Positions 30,306 to 40,186 of a stretch of DNA of 64,000 bases are shown here, one piece after another. The notes beneath the pieces are model-generated. The model searched no databases. It worked only from the letters and a program-made list of their open reading frames with translations, and had not been told where the DNA came from. The position numbers and the translations under genes are program-made. Every line of letters begins with the position of its first letter. Positions within the stretch are counted from its first letter, which is position 1. Source of the DNA: an uncultured Actinomycetes bacterium (GTDB lineage Bacteria > Actinomycetota > UBA4738 > JBBDTT01); NCBI GenBank assembly GCA_963742735.1, contig CAVUMN010000003.1, positions 768,001-832,000 on the forward strand, written 5' to 3'.

Positions 30306-31628
30306 TCAGAAGGAGCTCTTGAAGGCCTCGATGGTCTCGTGGTGCCCGTTGTCGCCGGTGCAGACAACCTGCAGCACGTGGACCTGCTTGGCGCCGAACC
30401 GGTTCTCGGGCGTGTACTGGATGTCGGGGTACACCCCCGAGTGCAGACGCGCGGTCTCGGCCGTGGCGATGAACGACTCGCGGCTGATGCTCGGCCCGGT
30501 CATGTCGAACAGCTGGTGCAGGCTCTTCGCCACCCCCCACAGCAGGAACATGATGTCGTCGGTGCCCCCGGCATTCCGGAACGCCGGGTCGTACTTGTCG
30601 CTGTCGAAGAACGCCGGGGCCGGCGAGAAGAACACCGCGTTGTCGACCGAGCCGCTCGCCCGGCAGCCGGTCGAGGCCACCGTGTCCAGGCCCATGGTCA
30701 CCCCGACGCCCGCGTACTGCGGGCGGCACTGCGAGGCGGCGGCCATCTCCAGGAAGTACGTCGGCGCCACCAGCGGGTACACCACGTCGAAGTTCTTCAC
30801 GCTGCCGGTGCACAGGTTGCCGGCCATGCTGCCGCCGCGCTCGTTCTTCTCAGGACGGAACACCCGGACGCCGGGGAACGCCTGGGTGAACGAGCTCACG
30901 GCGTCGTCGAAGTTCGGGGTGTTCGTGGCGACCATCGCGATGTTCGAGCCGTCGGTCGTGTAGTGCTTCTTGATGTACTGCGCGAGGAGCGGACCCTGCT
31001 GCGCGTACGACATCGACAGGGCGAAGTAGTTCTCCAGTCCGCGGATGCCGATCTCGGTGACGCCGGCGGACAGGTACGGGACGCCCTTGCTGGCGGCGTA
31101 GCGCGCGCAGGACTGGATCTGGTCGGTGCCGCCGCCGCCGATGAGCAGGAACACCTTGTCCTGCTCGACCATCTTCTGGCAGACCTGCTTGGCGTGGGAC
31201 GGGTTGTACTGGTCGTCCTCGAAGACCGTGACGACGTTGCGGCCGAGGATCTTCTTGCCCTTCCAGTACAGGTCCTTGCCGGTGCGGAACGAGGTCGGGC
31301 TGATCGGAGCGGCGCCGGTGAGCGGCGCGTGGATCCCGATCTTGATCGTGGTCGAGGTGATGCCGGTGCGGTCCCCCGCGCCGGGCGGCGGCGCGACGGT
31401 CGGGCCTCCGTCGTCGTTCCCGTCGGGGCCGGTGGGATCGGTGGGGTTGTCGTTGTCGGGGTCGGTGGGGTCGCTAGGGTCGACGATGCCGTCCGGGTTC
31501 TCGCCGGTGAGGTCGGCGGGGATCTCGCCGGCGGCGACGGCGTCCTCGTGGACCCCGGCCTTCTGGCCGCAGGCCGCGGCGAGCAGGACGAAGGCGAACA
31601 CAGCGGCGAGCTTGCGCAAGTTGGTCAT
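30306..31628 (-). CDS. ABC substrate-binding lipoprotein, copy 1
   Basis: Lipobox LAAAC; TGITSTTIKIGIHAPLTG; EDDQYNP. Confidence 0.9.
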   Translation of the reverse strand: MTNLRKLAAVFAFVLLAAACGQKAGVHEDAVAAGEIPADLTGENPDGIVDPSDPTDPDNDNPTDPTGPDGNDDGGPTVAPPPGAGDRTGITSTTIKIGIHAPLTGAAPISPTSFRTGKDLYWKGKKILGRNVVTVFEDDQYNPSHAKQVCQKMVEQDKVFLLIGGGGTDQIQSCARYAASKGVPYLSAGVTEIGIRGLENYFALSMSYAQQGPLLAQYIKKHYTTDGSNIAMVATNTPNFDDAVSSFTQAFPGVRVFRPEKNERGGSMAGNLCTGSVKNFDVVYPLVAPTYFLEMAAASQCRPQYAGVGVTMGLDTVASTGCRASGSVDNAVFFSPAPAFFDSDKYDPAFRNAGGTDDIMFLLWGVAKSLHQLFDMTGPSISRESFIATAETARLHSGVYPDIQYTPENRFGAKQVHVLQVVCTGDNGHHETIEAFKSSF

Positions 31629-32815
31629 GAGGGCTTCCTCTTCAGTTTCGATTGGGCGTTGGCGAAGTCGGCCTTGATCGCCGCCCACAGGGCGACGAAC
31701 GGTGCGGCCAGGCGGGACGGGCGGGTGGCGTCGAGCGCGCCGGCGGTCCAGCCCCGGCGCTCGGCGTTGCGGGCCCGGATGGCGGCGATCACGCCGTCGG
31801 GGCGGGTGCTGGCGGCGGACTCGAGGATCACCGAGCGAACCCCGGAGAGCGCGACGAGCCCGACCGGCAGCAGCAGCCACACGTAGCCGGGCAGCTTCGG
31901 CTCGGCGGTGGAGACGGGGGCCTCACCGCCGTTCGTCCCGGGCTCCTCGACCGGCGGCGTGGGGTCCGGCGTCGCCACCGGGGTGTCGGGGGTGAAGTCC
32001 GTGGACGGCGGGAACCCGCCGTCGATCGGTGGGATGGGTGGCTCGGGCGGCGGGGGGAGGTACTCGATGACGACCTTGACCCGGTCCTTCGTGTCCTCGT
32101 ACTCGTTGATCGGTTCGGGCGTCTCGACGTCGTCGCGCGAGGGGATCTTCAGGTTGATCTGCCAGGTCTCGAGGGGGCCCCCCTCCCCGAGCTTCGGACG
32201 GAAGAGCACGCCGTTGCTGGCGAATGGGTCCTCACCCCACGGGGCGGCGATCTGGCTGAGGTCCCACGTCCACGTCGGAAGCTCGGTCGGGAGCTCGGGG
32301 GTGGTGAGCTTGCCCTCCACGCAGGAGCCCTCGTCGAAGATGGGCTGGACCTCGAACAGCTCGGCCTCGCCGGCGGCCCAGAAGTCGTCGATCCGGCAGG
32401 CCAGGATCATCCGGTCGGTGGCGTTGAACGTCGGGATGTCGCCGGGCCCGTCCTCCTGGACGATCGTCAGCGTGTACTTCTGGATGATCGATCCGGCCTC
32501 GACCCCCCGGCTGAACAGGTCGAAGTTGATCGCTGAGGTTTTCTCGATCTCACCGTTGGTCACCGCGACGGGCAGGGTGGCGAAGTCCTGCAGGCTGGGG
32601 AGTCGGACCCGCTGGACGACCGCGGGGGCGGGCGGGGGCAGGAAGTCCACCGCGACCTCCTCGTCGATCTGGCGGGTCCAGTACCACGAGGACTGGTCGA
32701 CGCCGTAGGTGAAGGTCAGCGTGTCGTTCGCGCCGAAGGCGGGCGAGGCGATCGCGAGCATCACCGTGAGCACGAACAGGACCGAGATCGAGCGGGCAAG
32801 CACCCTTCGGGTCAT
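31625..32815 (-). CDS. Secreted protein with C-terminal TM anchor, hypothetical
   Basis: Signal peptide (ASPAFG), acidic ectodomain, Pro-rich linker, TM segment; SD GGGAG. Confidence 0.75.
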   Translation of the reverse strand: MTRRVLARSISVLFVLTVMLAIASPAFGANDTLTFTYGVDQSSWYWTRQIDEEVAVDFLPPPAPAVVQRVRLPSLQDFATLPVAVTNGEIEKTSAINFDLFSRGVEAGSIIQKYTLTIVQEDGPGDIPTFNATDRMILACRIDDFWAAGEAELFEVQPIFDEGSCVEGKLTTPELPTELPTWTWDLSQIAAPWGEDPFASNGVLFRPKLGEGGPLETWQINLKIPSRDDVETPEPINEYEDTKDRVKVVIEYLPPPPEPPIPPIDGGFPPSTDFTPDTPVATPDPTPPVEEPGTNGGEAPVSTAEPKLPGYVWLLLPVGLVALSGVRSVILESAASTRPDGVIAAIRARNAERRGWTAGALDATRPSRLAAPFVALWAAIKADFANAQSKLKRKPS

Positions 32816-32927
32816 GTCACTCCCATTGTCACACACGCGGTACGGGCCGGGCAGGCGTGCCTCACGGGGCGATGACCTGCGGTTTTGGGTTTCGTGACGG
32901 CTCGGGGCGATTCCTGCCTGTTCGTGC

Positions 32928-34226
32928 TCAGAAAGAGCTCTTGAACGCCTCGCGGGTCTCGAAGTGGCCCTCGCCGGAGCACACGGCCTCGAGCACGTTG
33001 ACCGACTTGGCCCCGAAGCGGTTGTCGGGCGTGTACGTGATGTCCGGGTAGACGCCGGTCTTGACGCTGGCGCTCTCGGACTCCGCGATGAACCGCTCGC
33101 GCGAAAGGTCCTCGCCGGTTGCCAGGAACAGCTGGTGGGTGGTCTTCATGAGTCCCCACAGCAGCCACTCGATGTCGTCGCTCCCCCCGGCCTGACGGAA
33201 CTTCGGGTCGTACTGGTTGCTGTCGTGGAAGGCCGGGGCCGGCGAGAAGAACCGGGCGCCGGCGATCGCGTTGCCGTTGCAGCCGGTCTCGGCGACCGTG
33301 TCGAGCCCCATCGTGATCCCGACTCCGGCGTACTGCGGGCGGCACTGCGCGGCCTGGGACATCTCCAGGAAATAGGTCGGCGAGGTGAGCGGGTACACGA
33401 CGTCGAACGCCTTCACGCTCCCGGTGCACAGGTTGCCGGCCATGCTCGAGCCGCGCTGGTTCTTCTCCGGGCGGAACACCCTGACGCCCGGGAAGGCCTG
33501 AGTGAAGCTCGTGACGGCGTCGTCGAAGTTCGGGGTGTTGGTGGCGACGACCGCCACGTTGCCGGCGTCGGTGGTGAAGGTCTTCTTGATGTACTGCGCG
33601 AGCTGCGGGCCCTGCTGCGCGTAGGACTCGGAGGCCGCGAAGTAGTTCTCCAGACCGCGGATGCCGACCTCGGTGGTGCCGGCGGACAGGTACGGGACGC
33701 CCTTGCTGGCGGCGTAGCGGGCGCAGGACTGGATCTGGTCGGTCCCGCCACCGCCCAGGAGCAGGAACACCTTGTCCTGCTCGACCATCTTCTGGCAGAC
33801 CTGCTTGGCGTGGGACGGGTTGTACTGGTCGTCCTCGAACACCACCTCGACGGTCTTGCCGAAGACCTTGTTGCCCTTCCAGTACAGGTCCTTGCCGGTG
33901 CGGAACGAGGTCGGGCTGATCGGCGCGGCGCCGGTCAGCGGCGCATGGATGCCGATCTTGATGGTCGTGGCCGTGATGCCGGTCGTGTCGCCCTCGCCCG
34001 CGGGTGGCGGAGACACGCCGCCGCCTCCGCCGCCGCCGCCCGGGCCGGTCGTGGCGCCCGGCGAGGCGCCTGGAGACGCTCCCGGGTCGACGCCGACGTC
34101 GGTGCCCGGGCCGAGGCCGCCGGCCGGGACCTCCCCGCCCTGGACGGCCGCGTCGTGAACGCCCGGAAGCTGGCCGCACGCGGCGGCGAGCAGGGCAAGG
34201 GCGGCGACCAAGGCGAGCTTTCGCAT
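32928..34226 (-). CDS. ABC substrate-binding lipoprotein, copy 2
   Basis: Lipobox LAAAC; near-identical to 30306-31628 beyond the linker. Confidence 0.9.
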   Translation of the reverse strand: MRKLALVAALALLAAACGQLPGVHDAAVQGGEVPAGGLGPGTDVGVDPGASPGASPGATTGPGGGGGGGGVSPPPAGEGDTTGITATTIKIGIHAPLTGAAPISPTSFRTGKDLYWKGNKVFGKTVEVVFEDDQYNPSHAKQVCQKMVEQDKVFLLLGGGGTDQIQSCARYAASKGVPYLSAGTTEVGIRGLENYFAASESYAQQGPQLAQYIKKTFTTDAGNVAVVATNTPNFDDAVTSFTQAFPGVRVFRPEKNQRGSSMAGNLCTGSVKAFDVVYPLTSPTYFLEMSQAAQCRPQYAGVGITMGLDTVAETGCNGNAIAGARFFSPAPAFHDSNQYDPKFRQAGGSDDIEWLLWGLMKTTHQLFLATGEDLSRERFIAESESASVKTGVYPDITYTPDNRFGAKSVNVLEAVCSGEGHFETREAFKSSF

Positions 34227-34262
34227 TTGCTTAATTAGCGTAGCACTCACCAGCTTACCGGG

Positions 34263-35426
34263 TCAGTCCAGCGCCCGGATGACCATGCCCGAGCGGGGCT
34301 TGGGCCAGAACCACGTGGACTTTTGGGGGAGCCGGTCTCCGCGCTCGATGACGTCACGGATCCGGTCGACGTGGGTGGGGGGGAGCAGGTAGGCGACGTC
34401 GGCCCCCTCGGCCACGGCCCGTACGGCGTCCTCGGGGTCGGGCACGAAGGTGACCTCCGCGTCGGGGTAGCGGGCCAGGATCCGGTCGTGGATGGCGGCC
34501 ACCGTGGGCGGCTCGGCGTCGAGCTCCGCCACCCGCAGCTGCACGCCACCGCCGTTCGCCATGACCACCCCGAACCGGAGGTCCTCGTCCGAGACGAGGT
34601 TCAGGGCTTCCTGGAGGGAGCCGACCGGGAACCCGGGGGCGGGGATGCCCTCGCCGCGAACGACCCGGTGGATGGGCAGGACGGGGGGGTCCTCGGACGG
34701 GTCGATCACCAGGATCATCATCCGGTCCCACGGGCCCGGCCCGTGCTCGCGGTTCATCTCCTCCCGGTACGCGAGCGCGGTCGTGTAGCGGTGGTGCCCG
34801 TCCGCGATGAGCAGCGAATCGGCCGCGTAGGCGTCGACGAGCGCCTGGGGCACGTCGGGCTCGATCCACAGTCGGTGCACGACGCCGCTCGGGTCGACGG
34901 CCTCCCGATCGGGGGGCCGGGCCGAGGCGCGCTCGACGAGCTCGGCCTGGGGCGGCGAGGGGGCCCGCAGCACCGCGTAGATCGGGGAGAGGTTCGCGCG
35001 GACCTGGCGGATGACGCGGAGCCGGTCCTCGACGGGCCCGGGCATCGTTCGCTCGTGCGGGACGATGCCCTGGCCGAACGGCTCCAGGTCGATCGCCCCG
35101 ATCACGCCGCGGACCCGGCGCGCCTCGCCGGCGTGCTCGAAGGCCATCTCGTAGACGAACACGGCCGGGCGCTCGGTCTCTACCAGCACCCCCGCCTCGC
35201 GCCACTCCCGAAGCAGGCCGGCGGCGCGCGTGTACTTGTTCGCCCGCTCGTCGTCCCCCGGCTCGTCCTTCGGCAGGATCAGCCGGACCACGTTGTGGGG
35301 GCTCGCCGCCAGGTAGTCCTCGCGTTCGGCGTCGGAGATGGCGTCGTAGGGAGGCGCGGTGACCGCGGTAGGATCGCCGGCGGAGGGGGCATACACGAGA
35401 CCCGTGAACGGCGACAGACCGGGCAC
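34263..35426 (-). CDS. DUF1015 family protein
   Basis: APPYD, PHERT, IADGHHRY, LPIHR, PQKSTWFWPK. Confidence 0.9.
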   Translation of the reverse strand: MPGLSPFTGLVYAPSAGDPTAVTAPPYDAISDAEREDYLAASPHNVVRLILPKDEPGDDERANKYTRAAGLLREWREAGVLVETERPAVFVYEMAFEHAGEARRVRGVIGAIDLEPFGQGIVPHERTMPGPVEDRLRVIRQVRANLSPIYAVLRAPSPPQAELVERASARPPDREAVDPSGVVHRLWIEPDVPQALVDAYAADSLLIADGHHRYTTALAYREEMNREHGPGPWDRMMILVIDPSEDPPVLPIHRVVRGEGIPAPGFPVGSLQEALNLVSDEDLRFGVVMANGGGVQLRVAELDAEPPTVAAIHDRILARYPDAEVTFVPDPEDAVRAVAEGADVAYLLPPTHVDRIRDVIERGDRLPQKSTWFWPKPRSGMVIRALD

Positions 35427-35441
35427 GCCTCCTTATAGCCG

Positions 35442-35816
35442 ATGAGCCAGCGCACAGACGAACGCGAGTCCGCCTACGACCTGTTCGCTCGGGGGACCGG
35501 GCTGCTCGAGTCCGGCCACCCGCACGCCGCGGTGACCCTGCTCAGCCGGGCGAAGTCCCTCGAGCCCGACAAGGGCTCGGTCCGGGAAGCCCTCGCCCGG
35601 GCGCTGTTCCAGAGCGGCCGCTTCGCCCGCGCCCGCCAGGAGTTCGCGAAGGCCGTCCAGATCGACCCCGTCAACGACTACGCGCACTTCGGCCTGGGGC
35701 TGGCCTGCGCGCGCACCGGCCAGCGGGTCCGCGCCGTGGCGCACCTCAAGCTGGCCGTCACCATGCGCCCGGAGCGCGACGAGTACCGCGACGCCCTGGA
35801 CCGGCTGACCGGCTAG
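35442..35816 (+). CDS. Small TPR protein
   Basis: SVREALARALF, PVNDYAHFGLG. Confidence 0.85.
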   Translation: MSQRTDERESAYDLFARGTGLLESGHPHAAVTLLSRAKSLEPDKGSVREALARALFQSGRFARARQEFAKAVQIDPVNDYAHFGLGLACARTGQRVRAVAHLKLAVTMRPERDEYRDALDRLTG

Positions 35817-36616
35817 TGCTCGAGCGCTACCGCGCCCTGCTGCTGGACCTCGACGGCGTCCTGTTCCGCGGTGACGATCCCGTCCCCGGGGCCGCCGAGG
35901 CCCTGGCCGGGTTCCGGGCCCGGGGCCTGCGGCCGGTGTTCGCGACCAACAACTCGAGCCGGACGCCGGAGCAGGTCGCCGAGAAGCTCGCCGCGCTGGG
36001 GTTCGAGGCCGGCCCGTCGGAGGTCGTCACCTCCGCCCTGGCGCTGGAGGAGCTCATGGGCGACCGGCCGGCGCGGACCGCGTACGTGATCGGTGAGGAC
36101 GGCGTGCGAGAGGCGCTGCGCGGCCTGGGGGTCGAGCTGCTGGAGGGCGATCCCGAGGCGGCCGACCTGGTCGTGGTCGGATGGGACCGGAGCATCGACT
36201 ACCCCCGGCTGAAGCGGGCCAGCCTGCTCGTGCAGCGCGGGGCGCGGCTGCTGGCCACCAACGCCGATGCGTCGTACCCCGCGCCCGACGGCAACTGGCC
36301 GGGGGCCGGAGCGCTGCTGGCGGTGATCGAGGTCTCGGCCGGCGTGCGGGCCGAGGTGGCCGGGAAGCCCCGCGCGGCGTTCTTCGAGCGCGCGGCGCGG
36401 GCGGCGGGCGAGGGGCCGTACCTGGTGGTCGGAGACCGGCTCGAAACCGACATCGCCGGCGCCCAGGCCATGGGGTGGGACTCGGCGCTGGTCCTGACCG
36501 GGGTCTCGACGGACGCGGACCTGCTCGGATCGCCGTGGCAGCCGACGTACGTGGTCCCGGCGCTGCCGGACCTGCTCGCGGATCCGCCGCGGGCCGAGCC
36601 GGTGGCGGCGGGCTAG
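35816..36616 (+). CDS. HAD-IIA family phosphatase (NagD-like)
   Basis: DLDGVL, TNNS, GKP, GDRLETDI. Confidence 0.93.
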   Translation: MLERYRALLLDLDGVLFRGDDPVPGAAEALAGFRARGLRPVFATNNSSRTPEQVAEKLAALGFEAGPSEVVTSALALEELMGDRPARTAYVIGEDGVREALRGLGVELLEGDPEAADLVVVGWDRSIDYPRLKRASLLVQRGARLLATNADASYPAPDGNWPGAGALLAVIEVSAGVRAEVAGKPRAAFFERAARAAGEGPYLVVGDRLETDIAGAQAMGWDSALVLTGVSTDADLLGSPWQPTYVVPALPDLLADPPRAEPVAAG

Positions 36617-37425
36617 AAGACGCCGAAGCGCTCGGCCGCGTGGGGGTCGCCGCGCTCCTTGGGGAAGATCGCCAGGGCGATCAGCGCGCCGGCGGCGAAC
36701 CCGCCGATGTGCGCCCACACCGCGACGTCGGTCACGCCGGCCCCGGCCCCGCCGAGGCTCTGCAGGACGGGGAGGAACTGCAGGACGAACCAGAACCCCA
36801 GCAGGACGATCGCCGGGAGCTCCACCGTGGTGATGAAGTAGAAGATGACCAACGTGACCACACGTCTTCGGGGGAACATCACCAGGTAGGCGCCCAGCAC
36901 CCCGGCGATCGCGCCCGAGGCCCCCACGGTCGGGATGGCGGAGCCCGGCCCGGACAGGATGTGCGCCCCCGAGGCGAGCAGCCCGCACACGAAGTAGAAC
37001 AGCAGGTACTTCACGTAGCCGGCCTTGTCCTCGATGTTGTTGCCGAACACCCACAGGAACAGCATGTTGCCGCCGATGTGGACGAGCCCCCCGTGCATGA
37101 ACATCGAGGTGAACAGCGAGGCCCACACCGACTTGTCCGGGCAGTCCTCGGCGATCGCCTCGAGGGCCAGCCCGGCCTGCTCGCCGAACGTCTCCTCGAG
37201 GGCCTCGGCCGCCTCCCGGCCGCCGTCGGCGAGCGGCTTCTGGTGGGTGACCTCCCACGGCACCATGCCGTGGCAGAAGAAGAAGAGGATCTCCTTCTCC
37301 TCCTTGTCCGGCCCGGTGGCGAACGTCGGCTGCCACAGCAGGAACAGCAGGATGTTCGCCGCGATCAGGCCGATCGTCAGGTAGGCGCGGCGCTCGGTCG
37401 GGTTGCGATCCTTGAGCGGGAGCAC
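36613..37425 (-). CDS. Rhomboid protease
   Basis: HIGGNMLFLWVFG, GASG, AHIGG. Confidence 0.93.
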   Translation of the reverse strand: MLPLKDRNPTERRAYLTIGLIAANILLFLLWQPTFATGPDKEEKEILFFFCHGMVPWEVTHQKPLADGGREAAEALEETFGEQAGLALEAIAEDCPDKSVWASLFTSMFMHGGLVHIGGNMLFLWVFGNNIEDKAGYVKYLLFYFVCGLLASGAHILSGPGSAIPTVGASGAIAGVLGAYLVMFPRRRVVTLVIFYFITTVELPAIVLLGFWFVLQFLPVLQSLGGAGAGVTDVAVWAHIGGFAAGALIALAIFPKERGDPHAAERFGVF

Positions 37426-37435
37426 CGAGGCGGCC

Positions 37436-38494
37436 TCAGCCCGACTCGGCGCGGGCGGGAGCCGCGACGCTCCGGCGCGGCTTGAGCCTCCGGGCGGCGA
37501 AGGCGACGACCTCGGCGTTGAACGCCTCGTTCGCCTCCAGGAACACGGCGTGGCCGGCGTCGGGGAACACGACGGTCTTCGCCCGGGGGAGGCGCTGGCC
37601 GATCAACTTCGTCTCGGCCGGGTTGACCAGGCGGTCGCGTCCGCCCACCACCACCAGAGAGGGGACCTTCACGCCGGAAAGGGCGCCCGACAGGTCGTAG
37701 CCGGTCATGGCCCGGAAGGTGTCCACCCGGGTCTGCGGCGAAACCGTCGCGATCACGTCGCGGACGAAGCGCACGTGCGCCGGGGATGCCTCCCGGCCGA
37801 ACCCCACCCGTACGACGCGGTACGACAACGGCGTGGTGTGCCGCTCGCCGACGCCGTCGGTGAAGACCCGGTCGAGCACCGGGTTGCTGACGACGAACTC
37901 CATGATGGAGCCGAGCGCCCGGGCCTCCAGGCTCGCCCCGGGCCACCGCCCGGCGATCGACCGCGCGAAGTGCATCAGCGGGGTCGAGACGAACACCGCG
38001 CCCTTCGCGTGCCGGCGCGCGGCCTCGGGGTGGCCGGCCAGGTAGCCGAGGGTGAGCACGCCGCCCAGGCTGTGACCGACCAGGACCATGCCCATGGGGT
38101 CGGCGAAGTGCTCGACGACGCGGGCCAGCGCGTCCACGGAGAGCTCGAGCGTCAGGTGACCCCGGGCCACCGGGGTGGAGCTCCCGTGGCCGGGGAGATC
38201 CCAGGCCACCACGGTGAACCCGGCCTCGGACAGGGCCGCCTTCTGGTAGTGCCACACGGCCTCGGACAGACACCAGCCGTGGGTGAGGATGATCGTCCCC
38301 CGGGACCCGGGGAACCGCTCGGCGTAGATGCGCGAGGCGCGGGGGCCCCGCAGGGTCTCGACCTCCCCGCGAAGCGAGCCCAGCAGCTCGTGGTCCTCGG
38401 GGAGGTTCCGCGGCGCGCGGACGGCGCGCCCCGCCGCCGCGATGAGGCCGGCCGCGCCCACCGTCCCCGCCAGGAACCGATGGCCCCGCTTCAT
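37436..38494 (-). CDS. Alpha/beta hydrolase
   Basis: HGW, DLPGHG, GHSLGG, GGRD, AGH. Confidence 0.9.
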   Translation of the reverse strand: MKRGHRFLAGTVGAAGLIAAAGRAVRAPRNLPEDHELLGSLRGEVETLRGPRASRIYAERFPGSRGTIILTHGWCLSEAVWHYQKAALSEAGFTVVAWDLPGHGSSTPVARGHLTLELSVDALARVVEHFADPMGMVLVGHSLGGVLTLGYLAGHPEAARRHAKGAVFVSTPLMHFARSIAGRWPGASLEARALGSIMEFVVSNPVLDRVFTDGVGERHTTPLSYRVVRVGFGREASPAHVRFVRDVIATVSPQTRVDTFRAMTGYDLSGALSGVKVPSLVVVGGRDRLVNPAETKLIGQRLPRAKTVVFPDAGHAVFLEANEAFNAEVVAFAARRLKPRRSVAAPARAESG

Positions 38495-38498
38495 CGAC

Positions 38499-38852
38499 TC
38501 ACCCCGCCAGGCGCCGAAGGCGCATCAGGTCGCTCACGCTCGCGTCGATCCGGACGTGGCCGCCCAGGTACTTGGAGAACAGGCTGCTGTTGCCATCGAC
38601 CAGGTCGACCAGGTCGTCGGAGTTCAGCCGCAGCCGGATGTCGGCCCCCTCCGCGGCGCCCACGCGCAGCTTGCTCAGACGGCCGCCGGCCATCTCGGTC
38701 CAGAACCGTGCGTCGATGTCGGCCACGTGGACCTCGATCACGCGGGCGTCGGGGAGGGCCTCGGCGAGGGAATCCTGAACGCCGCCGCTCGCCTCGTCGA
38801 GGCGCTCGATGAGCTCCGTCAGCTTCGCCTGGACCTGAGCCTTCGTTGCCAA
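38499..38852 (-). CDS. SCP2 sterol/lipid-binding domain protein
   Basis: ADIRLRLNSDDLVDLVDG...VRIDASVSDLMRLR. Confidence 0.8.
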   Translation of the reverse strand: MATKAQVQAKLTELIERLDEASGGVQDSLAEALPDARVIEVHVADIDARFWTEMAGGRLSKLRVGAAEGADIRLRLNSDDLVDLVDGNSSLFSKYLGGHVRIDASVSDLMRLRRLAG

Positions 38853-38996
38853 CCCTTGTCCTTAAGAGACCTGCCGGAGGGAAGGGGCGGTGGGTCCGTG
38901 TCTGTGGCGGGCGCGAGTATACCCACGCACCCCAGGCGCCAATGCTCCTGGGTCTATCCTTCGGTTGCCGTTGCCGGCCGCTGAAGGGAGAGAGGC

Positions 38997-39386
38997 ATGC
39001 TCGATGTCGTGCGCCAGTACGTTGACGCCGCGCTGGGCGCGCTGCCGAAGGACAGGGCGATGGACCTGGCGTCGGGCCTGCTCGAGCAGGGCCAGGCCGG
39101 TCGCGACGGGGTCACCAAGCTCGCCAACGACCTGATGGAGTGGTCCCGGGCGAGCGTCGAGCGCCTGAGCGACATGGTGCGTGCCGAGGTCCGCAAGCAG
39201 GTGGGGGCTCTCGGCCTCGCCACCCGTGAGGACGTCGACGAGATCAAGCAACGCCTGTGGAAGCTCGAGGGCGCAGTGGGCGCGACGGCTCCGGTCTCGA
39301 AGAAGGCGCCCGCGAAGAAGCAGCCCGCGGCGAAGCGGCGTCCGGCGAAGCGCGCCGCCCCCTCGCCGCCCGACGGGGGTCCGTGA
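38997..39386 (+). CDS. Phasin-like coiled-coil protein with basic tail
   Basis: LGLATREDVDEI; KKAPAKK tail; conserved position before tlyA. Confidence 0.75.
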   Translation: MLDVVRQYVDAALGALPKDRAMDLASGLLEQGQAGRDGVTKLANDLMEWSRASVERLSDMVRAEVRKQVGALGLATREDVDEIKQRLWKLEGAVGATAPVSKKAPAKKQPAAKRRPAKRAAPSPPDGGP

Positions 39387-40186
39387 GGCGCCGCCTGGAC
39401 GTCGAGCTCCTCCGGCGAGGGCTGGCCGCCACCCGCGCCGAGGCGACGACCGCCATCCGCGAGGGCCGGGTGACCGTGGCGGGCTCGCCGGCGGTGAAGG
39501 CCGGGACCCTGGTGGCGCCGGAGGAGGCGGTGGCGGTGCTCGGCCCGGCCCGCCGGTTCGCCTCCCGCGCCGGGGAGAAGCTCGAGGCGGCCCTGGACCG
39601 CTTCGAGGTCGACGTCGTCGGGCGGCAGTGCCTGGACGCGGGGGCCTCGACCGGCGGGTTCACCGACTGCCTGCTCCAGCGGGGTGCGGCGCACGTGCTC
39701 GCGGTCGACGTGGGCTACGGGCAGCTGGCGTGGAAGTTGCGCGAGGACGCGCGGGTCACCGCTCTGGAGCGGACCAACGTCCGCGGGCTCGACCCGGCCG
39801 ACCTGCCGTACCGCGCGAGCGTGGTCACCGCCGACCTCTCGTTCATCTCCCTGGCCCTGACCATCCCCTCGCTCACCCGCGTGGCCGCGGACGAGGCCGA
39901 CCTGTTGCTGCTGGTGAAGCCCCAGTTCGAGGCGGGGCGTGAGGCGGTGGGCAAGGGGGGCGTCGTGTCGGACCCGGCCGCGTGGCGCGGGTCGATCGAC
40001 GGGGTGATCGAGGCGCTGGGGGCGGCCGGCGCCCCGGCCCTGGGCGTGATGGCGTCGCCGCTGCTCGGGCCCGCCGGCAACGCCGAGTTCATGGTCCACG
40101 CCTGGCGCGGCTACGAGAGCGACGACCCGGACGTGGACGGGGCGATCGACGAGGCCGTCGCCCTGCGCGGCGGGGTGTCCCGTTGA
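39383..40186 (+). CDS. tlyA: rRNA cytidine 2'-O-methyltransferase TlyA
   Basis: RRRLD S4 domain, SRAGEKL, DAGASTGGFTD, DLSFISL, VKPQFE. Confidence 0.96.
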   Translation: MRRRLDVELLRRGLAATRAEATTAIREGRVTVAGSPAVKAGTLVAPEEAVAVLGPARRFASRAGEKLEAALDRFEVDVVGRQCLDAGASTGGFTDCLLQRGAAHVLAVDVGYGQLAWKLREDARVTALERTNVRGLDPADLPYRASVVTADLSFISLALTIPSLTRVAADEADLLLLVKPQFEAGREAVGKGGVVSDPAAWRGSIDGVIEALGAAGAPALGVMASPLLGPAGNAEFMVHAWRGYESDDPDVDGAIDEAVALRGGVSR

